Positions 54,592 through 64,000 of a DNA stretch of 64,000 nt are shown here, in pieces. Source of the DNA: Octopus sinensis (taxonomy: Eukaryota); NCBI RefSeq assembly GCF_006345805.1, contig NC_043001.1, forward strand, positions 11,656,001-11,720,000, written 5' to 3'. Made by a program: the position numbers and the translations under genes. Each line of letters begins with the position of its first letter. Within the stretch, counting starts at the first letter, position 1. A model generated the notes under the pieces. The model was not told where the DNA came from. It did no database searches and was given only the letters and a program-made list of their open reading frames with translations.

Positions 54592-55280
54592 ATTGCTGCT
54601 GGAGAGGACCGATCAGGTAAAGGACCTGGGTATCTTGGTGGATTCCTCCTTTTCGCCTTCGGCCCAGTGCGTCCATGCAGCCAACAAAGCGCGCGGAATT
54701 CTGTTTTTGATTCGACGGTCATTCGGAATGCTCACAGCAGCCATATTCCTGCCACTCTATGTCACGCTGGTGAGACCCATATTGGAGTATGGGATTCAAG
54801 CCTCTTCTCCTTATCTCCTCAAAGACATACAGCATCTCGAAAGAGTCCAGAGGCTGGCTACCCGCATGGTTCATGGTCTCAAAAATTTGTCCTACGAAGA
54901 AAGGCTGAGGACGCTCGACCTTTATTCTCTTGAAAAACGCCACCGCCGTGGTGATCTCATTCTCGCCCACAACATCATAAGCGGGAAGTGTAACCTCTCG
55001 AAAGAGCTGTTCTTCACTCCTGCTCCGGAGCGTCGGCTGCGGGGTCATTCCGAAAAGCTCTACCTGCGACGATTTCATCTCAATCGAAGGAGAGGAGCTT
55101 TCTCCGTCCGGGTTGCGGATCCGTGGAACAAGCTGCCAGACGAGATGGTGAAGATGCCGACGACCGCTTTGTTCAAAGCCTCCCTGGACCTCAAGTGGCC
55201 TGAACTCTTTACATGAACACCACCCTGTACTTAACTCCATGTCCCCCTACATGGCCTTGCTATTTGCTTTTGAGCCAAAT

Positions 55281-55316
<36 letters not shown>

Positions 55317-55317
55317 A
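54592..55317 (+). mobile_element. Young 5'-truncated CR1-type LINE 3' end
   Basis: Uninterrupted 207-aa frame (VKDLGI, LVRPILEYG, LERVQR.ATR, SYEERL, RGDLI, RGH, FSVRV..WNKLP); (TAAC)n tail. Confidence 0.95.
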
Positions 55318-55628
55318 GTTATTCGACATAAAAACCATTTGTGTGTGTTTTTGTGTGCGTGTATTTATGTGTGTCTGTACATGTGTGCGTAGGGGACGCG
55401 ATGGCAGAACCGTTAGCACGCCGAGCAAAATGCTGAGCTGCATTTCGACCGTCTTTGCATTTTGAGTTCAAATACTGCCAGTAATGACTTTGGCTTTCAT
55501 TCGTGCAGGGTCAATAGAATAACTACCAGTTGTGTACTAGGGTTGATTTTATCGAGGTACACGCTCTCCAGAAAATACCGGGCTTGTGCTAAAATTTGAA
55601 ACTAATATATATGTGTGTGTTATACATA

Positions 55629-55801
55629 TAGGCGCAGGAGTGGCGGTGTGGTAAGTAGCTTGCTTACCAACCACATGGTTCTGGGTTCAGTCCCACTGCG
55701 TGGCACCTTGGGCAAGTGTCTTCTACTATAGCCTCGAGCCGACCAAAGCCTTGTGAGTGGATTTGGTAGACGGAAACTGAAAGAAGCCCGTCGTATATAC
55801 G

Positions 55802-55833
<32 letters not shown>

Positions 55834-56038
55834 TGCGCGTGTGTTTGTACCCCTAGCATTGCTTGACAACCGATGCTGGTGTGTTTATGTCCCCGTTACT
55901 TAGCGGTTCGGGAAAACAGACCGATATAATAAATACTGGGCTTACAAAAGAATAAGTCCCGGGGTCGAGTTGCTCGATTAAAGGCGGTGCTCCAGTATGA
56001 CCGCAGTCAAATGACTGAAACAAGTAAAAGAATAAAAG
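55629..56038 (+). mobile_element. Full-length SINE family A
   Basis: Same structure as 5038-5442. Confidence 0.93.
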
Positions 56039-57289
56039 TGTATATATGTATATATGTTCATGTTCGTCTATGAATATGTGTGTTTATGTATGCTTGCGTT
56101 TGAGTGTGTTTGTGTGCGTTTGCGTGTGTATGTGCAATCATATGTGTGTATAAACGCGCGCGCGTACGTGCGTGTAATTTAATCAATGTTAGAAGCTACT
56201 TGTTGGGCTCTGAATTTCGTGGCCGATTGCCCCAAACCGATTTGACGTGCGAGATCCATATTGTCATAAAATATTGAAATGAAAATAACGTAAAATATTG
56301 AAAATTTCTGAATACCCAAAGTTGAAACCAATATTTCATTAATATTTTCAATACCGTCCAATATTATAGCATAAATAACAATCGGTTTACCTTCCTCTAC
56401 CGCCAAAATCGTCTTTCATAATCTACCCGTAATTTATATTTTCTGGACACGGCTTCTTGAGCGCTTCGGTTATTTGTTCACAGAATTAGTGGAGGTTTAT
56501 TGTATTTCCTTTTTCACATTACTCCCGTTAGCTCTCAACACTTAATAAAATTCAATCCATTTTCGTCGTACCGTAAGTTATAAGTCATGTACGTTCATAT
56601 TTTTCCCGCTTGCAGCTTTGTTCACTGCTGTGCACCTGTTCTGGTTCTGATATATAAGCGAAAAAGATACAACGATAGAAGACGTAAAATATTACGGCAT
56701 CAACTTCGTTTTTCCATGGGTGTAACCATATACATTATGATAAATGTCCTAAACTTAATAAGCATGCACTTCTCCAATAAATACAATTATCATTGAATCG
56801 TAAATTTAGACATGATTAATGGTAGCTGTGTCACAGCATACGTTTTTACTTATTCTTTCTGAAACATTAAGCAGAAATGATCAATCTTCGTGACATTTCG
56901 ATAACATTGCTGGACTCGTATGTCGTAAGTGAAAAATATGTTTCATAACATCTTTCCGATCAATCTACACAACTGATTTGTTTTTAGTCTTCAAATATTT
57001 GTGCTGTACATTACCTCACTTCTACCGTCAAAATGACGTTATTTGTATAGTGACACGCGTAAGGTGTTTGAGTGATAACATAGAAACACTTACTGAAATT
57101 TTCGGTAATTTTTCCATATATGTCATCATCTTAATATTTATGAAACAACCTCTAAACTTTTGGAGAATTCAGCAATATTTTGATAGAGAACTGGAAGAAG
57201 TTTGTCTAGGATTGCTTCTTGTTATAGAATGAAATTACTCATAAATTGAAACAATTCCAAAATTTTATAATGACCATAAAACCTCACAT

Positions 57290-58250
57290 TTAATTCCCCT
57301 TAACTATCACCAACAATAAACTGTCTTGCATAGACATTTTATTTACATGAAGATACATGATACCGTGAGCAGGTGCATACATTAAACTCAAGAATGATGA
57401 CAATATTACCCCAAATATATCATATCACCCAGAACACACTCAAAGCAACATTTCACCCAATCTAACAAAACAAATCCGTACAATTGTATCGGGCCATGAA
57501 ACAAGAGACCGAAGATTAGGCGAAATGAACAATATGGTTACCCTCAGAAAATATCCCATAAAACTGATCGAGATTCAGAAAGCCAAACTGATGAATAGCC
57601 AACGACTTCAAAGAACAAAATCCAAAACTGAAAAAAACAATAAAAAAATAACTATTAGATTATATATTTTAACTGTTAGGAATATTGAGATGTTCATCAA
57701 CGTCAGTCTAAAATTACTAGTAATATAAAAGGACCCCAAAAGTGAAAAGAGTATTAGGAAAGGATCCAGTTAAAAGCAATTGACGGAGTAAAAATGATGC
57801 TAATCAACGTAAAGGTACACGCCTCTACAGTAAGTAAACGTAATCGACCAAAGTGTGCAGTAGAGAGCTAGCTAATGGCGGATTCCAAATTGAAGGCCCC
57901 GCATTCGAAATTAAAATAAAATTCTGCTGCAATTTGGACAACCTAACTTACATCACATCATATAAGGTATGTAAAGAACACTACATCGGACAAACAGGAA
58001 TGAATGACAATTAGAAAAACAATGACGGTAAACTGTCAAAGAAATCAGGGAGACCTGCACGAGAAAAAATGCCCCTGAGTGAACATATACATAAGACCTG
58101 CGTAACTATTCTGTCTCCTCTTTCTGTTACGACTTAACTACGGAGCAGCAAAGGTACAATGCAGAAATAAATTATTAACAAAGATAACCCGAAATACAGA
58201 GCATTACATTATAGGTAGCACACAAGACTGGCGGTGATAACACTACAGAT
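57290..58250 (+). mobile_element. Highly degenerate Penelope-like RT C-terminus and GIY-YIG remnant
   Basis: YHPEHTQSNI, LRKYP.KLI..KAK, FCCNLDNLTYI...CKEHYIGQTG. Confidence 0.7.
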
Positions 58251-58628
58251 CTTTACTGGATGGTAACAAACGTGTAATGAACATCAATAATCAAAAATAT
58301 AGTTGTTAATGTTTATAGCGAAGTCCTTCTAGTATATTACATATAGTCAATTCCACTTATGCATGCATCCTCTGTGTATGAGTGGAAGCCTGTAATGCGA
58401 ATATATATATGTGTGTGTGTGTGTATGTGTGCGTGCGTGTGTGTGTGTATTATGATTTATAACAAACAATAAAAGGTTGTCATTATTGTACTCGGAGTTT
58501 CCAATGTCGGAACGAAAAGCTACGGTACATTCTCGTCGGTGTTATATATTTATATATACGTTTTTGCATATGTATGTATGCCTGTACGCATGTGCGTAAT
58601 TATATGTATGTGCGTATGAATGTGTATG

Positions 58629-58670
<42 letters not shown>

Positions 58671-58974
58671 AACACACACGCTCACATGTATAATTACTGA
58701 GATTGACGGAAAAATTGTATTTCTGTCTATCGCCTGATTAGTGCATCATGCAGGATTCTGGATACGGTAGTATCACATGATCGAAAGGAGATCCGTAACA
58801 CATCGATACGTAATAACGTAAGCATCAAACTACTTCTAGCTAAGATCCTGTAGGCTTAAATATAAGCGTTGCAGAGTGTGTAAAAATGAAATAATTCAAA
58901 TGAGGTCTTCATAAATTGTTATGCAATACATGCAATAAGAGAAGGAAGTGTGGACTAATATTCATACACTCCCA

Positions 58975-59655
58975 GGAGGCGAGCTGGCAGAAACGTTGGC
59001 ACGCTGGGCGAAATTCTTAGCGGTATTTCGTCTGTCTTTACGTTCTGAGTTCAAATTCCGCCGAGGTCGACTTTACCATTCATCCTTTCGGGGTCGATAA
59101 ATTAAGTACCAGTTACGCACTGGAGTCGATATAATCGACCTAATCCGTTTTGTCTGGCCTTGTTTGTCCCCTCTGTGTTTAGCCCCTTGTGGGTAATAAA
59201 GAAATAGGTATTTCGTCTGTCTTTACGTTCTGAGTTCAAATTCCGCCGAGGTAGACTTTACCATTCATCCTTTTAGGATCGGTAAATTAAGTACCAGTTA
59301 CGCACTGGAGTCGATATAATCGACCTAATCCGTTTTGCTTGTCCTTGTTTTCTCCTCTGTGTTTTGCCCCTTGTGGGCAGTAAAGAAATAGGTATTTCGT
59401 TTGTAGTTACGGTCTGAGTTCAAATTCCGCCGAGGTCGACTTTACCATTCATCCTTTCGGGGTCGATAAATTAAGTACCAGTTACGCACTGAAGTCGATA
59501 TAATCGACCTAATCCGTTTTGTCTGTCCTTGTTTGTCCCCTCTGTGTTTTGCTCCTTGTGGGTAGTAAAGAAATAGGTATTTCGTTTGTCGTTACGGTCT
59601 GAGTTCAAATCTCGCTGAGGTCGACTTTCCCTTTCATCCTTTTGCGGTCAATAAA
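58975..59655 (+). mobile_element. SINE family B, three full units plus one partial
   Basis: Unit starts at 59023, 59208, 59392, 59577 (period 184-185 bp). Confidence 0.93.
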
Positions 59656-60423
59656 CACAGTACACTCAAAATTTCGGGCATTGTGCCTAGAGTAGAAAAG
59701 AATATTCATATAGTTCAATTACGTCTGCGGGTGCCACGATTTGGAGGCACGATCTCTACACATTTGTGTGTATGTGAGTGTGTGCATATAAATATTTTGA
59801 ATAAAGGTTTGCAATGAAACAGATTTGCAAACTCACGATGTGTGTCTCCCACGCTAGCACAATGGATTTGGAATGGTATTACCAAGAACAAAAGCACCAA
59901 CACATATAAATGGTGCAAAACAATGGGGAAGCATTTTCTGTGAATAGAAACCCCGTCACTTATAAAACCATTGATATGAAGTTCTAAACGAATTTACATC
60001 CCGTGTATCTTCCTTTCGAAATACAAGCGTCATATTAACTTAGTCATTTAATCTAAACATGGTTTTTGTATATGGAAAAAAATACCCAAAATTTCGATAA
60101 GCAGAAGATCAGTATAAACTCTACTTTGGTCAGTTAAATACGTCATGTCCTAATACAAAATTTCGTGTTGTCTCAAAACTCATAAAAATGGATACACTAA
60201 CACTTTTTACTGCATAAAAAATACGAAGTATCATGTGATTCCATTTTTTTCTTTTCTACTTAATACTTGTGTTATATAAGTCAAACTAATCTCATGAATA
60301 CGTACGCCAGTATATTTTCTGTTGAACGAAGACATTTATGTGAAAGCTTAATTTTATATCTACGTATTCACACACACAGATACAAAGTACAATACAATTT
60401 AATCTTTCTGTTAATATATATAT

Positions 60424-60468
<45 letters not shown>

Positions 60469-60485
60469 ATATATATGTGTGTGTA

Positions 60486-60534
<49 letters not shown>

Positions 60535-60634
60535 GTATATATATATGTATATATATGTATATATAATGTATATATATGTATATATATATATATGTATATA
60601 TATATGTATATATATGTATATATATATGTATATA

Positions 60635-60716
<82 letters not shown>

Positions 60717-60776
60717 GTATGTATGTATATATGCATATATTTTATTTATTTATTATATTGTTATTATATATATATA

Positions 60777-62720
60777 CTAGCAGAATTGCCCGGCGTTGCT
60801 CGGGGCTGAATTGCTTGAAAGTACTGTTAATGATTGCACTGAATTATGATGATTATTCAGGCAAATATTGATATAAGTTTACGGCGAATGAATGTATTTG
60901 TAAGTGTATAGAAAGCCGTGTAAAGGGGTTCCTACCCCCTCGTAGAATGGTGTAAGAATTGAATGCGAGGTTGCCTTGAAAAGAGCCATGTTATTGTTCT
61001 CATAATTGTAAGAATTTGATAGTCGTGGAAGTCGATGTAAAACGTTCGCAGGTGAATAGGGTCTCTTCGTTTTCCACGAACGGCAGCGGATGTGCTGTTA
61101 CAAAACTTCATGCTGTGTTAAAAGAGAACGGATGCTCTATGTAGGCAAGAGGGGAATGAAGCATGGGTAAGTAAATATGGGTAATTTATAGAACAATAGC
61201 ATCTACTCACCATATGTCAGACCGGAAAGACTGTAGTGGTGCTGATTAGATGAATCACAACACAGTGGTGGAGATGTTTTCTTGATGGGCGTTATGATTA
61301 AATTTGTTGTTGTATAAAATGATCTGTTGTTTAGTTTCCAAAGTGTTTGTTGCGATCGTGTTGTCGCTTATGTAAAATTTAACAGTGAGAGTGTAGATGT
61401 AGGTGGTAGATGTGTTATGTACGTTGGATATAGAAGATGAGGCTGGTGGTTTGATGATGAATGGATAGAAATAGAGGTGAGCGAAGGACAGGTGTTGGTT
61501 AAGTGTGAATTAACGTCATGAAACGCCTAAAAATGTAAATGCCATCATAAAAGAGAGTCGTATGTAAGTGAAATACTAATGTGTTCAAAAATGATGAAAC
61601 GTAGTAATCCTATAAAACCTCCTTGTACACAATGTTTTTTGTTTTTCGTTGTGGAACGAATGCAAAAGCATCACTGTTGCTGCCGACACGCGAGCAGCCA
61701 ACATAAAGCTGACCATGAGAGGAACATGGCTCTCCCAAATGTATTCCCGCCACATACAGTGTTTGACCCTGCGCTTTGTTAATTGACATTGCGAAACATG
61801 GCCTTACTGGGAACTGGGACCTCCGAAACATGAAATGTAGGTCTGCTCCTGATGGGAAAAGATGCATTCTAGGTATGAGCTCAACATTGCCTCGACCGCA
61901 CCCTGTGATAATGGTGGCCTCAATCAAATTGGGAGATAAGGACTTAACGATCAAACGGGTGCCATTGCATTGTTTTGGGGGAACCAAATTTCTTATGAGC
62001 ATTATAGAGGCACCAACTTTAAGTTTGAGAATGTGTGGTGGTAGTCCGGGGTGCTCGGGAACACTGCATCTCTGAGATCAGAAGGCGTTTTAACAATGGT
62101 ACAAATGGAATCGATGGCAATATTACCATTTTCATCCCCTGGTATTTTCCCTTCGCCAAGTGCAAGGAGGGTGTGAGAAAATGCTGCTGATGTGATATTA
62201 CGTCGCATATGAGCACGCATATTGGTGTGAAGTTTGAGAGTCTTCACCAGTGGCCACAATGTGGATGACTTAAGACACGCACTTACTGCATCAGCTCTAG
62301 TCCCTTTGGGAATAACGGGAAGTGTTTGTCGGAAGTCCCCTGAAAGAAGAAGTGTCATGCCTCCCATGGGAGCTGAAGAATGTTTGATGTCCCTGAGAGA
62401 TCTATCTAGTGCCTCAAGAGCACCTCTGTGGGCCATCATACATTCATCCCAAACGATAAGCTTGCATCGTCTGAAGACTTCTGCCTGATCGGAGCTGTTA
62501 CTGATGTTGCAAGTTGGTGTCTCAGTCTTCGCTAAGTGAAGCGGAAGCTTGAAAATGGACTGAGCTGTCCTGCCGCCTGGCAACAAAGTAGCCGCAATTT
62601 CAGATGATGCCACAGCTAGGGCAATGCGTTGTGTTCGCCTAATCTCAGCCAATATTAATTTGTTGACAAAAGTTTTCCCAGTGCCCCCAGGAGCGTCCAG
62701 GAAAAAAATCCTCCTAAAGG
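60777..62720 (-). mobile_element. Helitron 3' portion with Pif1-like helicase remnant
   Basis: DAPGGTGKT, IVWDECMM, GDFRQTLPV, CNGTRL, QFPVRPCFAMSINKAQGQT, HGQLYVGCSRV; 3' hairpin cccgagcaacgccggg then CTAG at 60780-60777 followed by T. Confidence 0.92.
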
Positions 62721-63157
62721 CATTTTAACAAAAATGCTTCCGTAAAGACTGTGAAAATATTGTCAATTTACCCAAACAGGGACACAATTCAATTTGGAAA
62801 AAATAACGAAAGCCCCTTCTCCGAAAGCGGGAGGGTTACGGTTTACAATTATTTAACAAATGCAACACAACATCGTTTCCCTGGCGAGGAACCAACATAC
62901 GTGATTACAATAGTCAAACAGTAATAATAATAACAAACCTTTTTAATTTATCCCCATTTATGTGAAACCACTTATTCAATTTCAAGTCATTGATGCAATT
63001 TTATACGAATTGCTAATGCACACACACACACAATAAGGTTGAAAAATTGAATATTAATTTGATTAATATGAATTGAAAACCAGTGGTGTAGCATATAAGA
63101 CCATAGCGGATCTTCCTCTAGCAAAAACGAGGACCACTATTAATGGCTCATCCCTGT

Positions 63158-63189
<32 letters not shown>

Positions 63190-63366
63190 CACAAACACAC
63201 ACACACACAGCTTAGCTTACAATTTTCTTTCAACAATTGACACTGTCATATATGTATATGTTTGCGTGTCTATGTGTGTAAAGAGGAAGTGGGAGTAATA
63301 GGCGGAGTGAAGCCTTTGAAGTGAATGAAGGAAATCGTAAAATATTGAGTTTTCTCGAATTTTTGC

Positions 63367-63460
63367 TTAATTGTGTGTCAAGGTGCCACGCAGTGGGATT
63401 GAACCCGGAACCATGTGGTTGGTAAGCAAGCTACTTACCAAACAGCCACTCCTGCGCCTA
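63367..63460 (-). mobile_element. SINE family A, 5' head only
   Basis: taggcgcaggagtggctgtttggtaagtagc...ggcaccttg. Confidence 0.85.
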
Positions 63461-63488
63461 CATATATATACACACACACATATATACT

Positions 63489-63519
<31 letters not shown>

Positions 63520-63689
63520 ACACATATATATATATATATATAATTCCATACATTTTGCACCTATGCTTTTCGAAATTAGAATGTCTGTTGTTTTAGCCGC
63601 CCCTATTAACTCATTCGTTGCACTACAAATGTGTAATGGGGGGAAACACCCTTCGGCCACCAATGTTATATAAGGGAAAAGCGAAAGTA

Positions 63690-63865
63690 GATACTGCTAG
63701 GCACCAGTGACGTTGCAACTCATTTCTATAGCTCAGTGAACTGGAGCAGCGTGGAATAAAGCGTCTTGCTCTAGAACACAACGTACGGCCCAGTGCTGAA
63801 ATTGAACTCACTACCTCACGTTTGATTGTCTGACGTTCTAACCACAGAGCCATATACCTTCACGT
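63690..63865 (-). mobile_element. SINE family C, 5' half
   Basis: Matches the 19890 head and CORE-like region. Confidence 0.75.
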
Positions 63866-64000
63866 ACATGTACACATGTTTATTTTATCAATCTAATTTC
63901 AGTTATGCCTTACAATGGGCATTCATGGCTGCCCAACCACCAAGAGTTTTTATTTGATCAGATACTATTTTCAGTCTATAAAGTATATTCTTATATACTT

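Noticed and set aside
58975-59655. Regular 185-bp repeats as a CRISPR array or retrozyme
   Set aside because: Whole units repeat with no unique spacers; tRNA-SINE head present; no hammerhead core found on either strand.

Overview
AT-rich, microsatellite-saturated eukaryotic DNA. The SINE families and (TA)n/(CA)n/(AAT)n density suggest an Octopus genome (inference; no database check). No long intact host gene is visible, and most ORF-track entries are microsatellite read-throughs. The window is a mosaic of mobile elements: R4/Dong-type LINE pieces in (AAT)n tracts, CR1/L2-type LINE 3' ends, a zinc-knuckle LINE ORF1 fragment, Penelope-like (PLE) remnants, a Helitron with an intact 3' terminus, an internally deleted mariner, several MITE/fold-back elements and about five tRNA-derived SINE families. 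Most notable observations: (i) several short PLE-type families carry type I hammerhead-ribozyme folds, some with a full canonical core; (ii) five or six 'tail-out' inverted duplications are anchored on (TA)n tracts; (iii) one SINE forms ~185-bp head-to-tail multimers with a fixed junction; (iv) a set of (AAT)n-tailed non-autonomous elements accompanies Dong, including an internally deleted Dong. A phase-compatible chain of possible minus-strand host exons (about 1.4-13.2 kb) is reported at low confidence.
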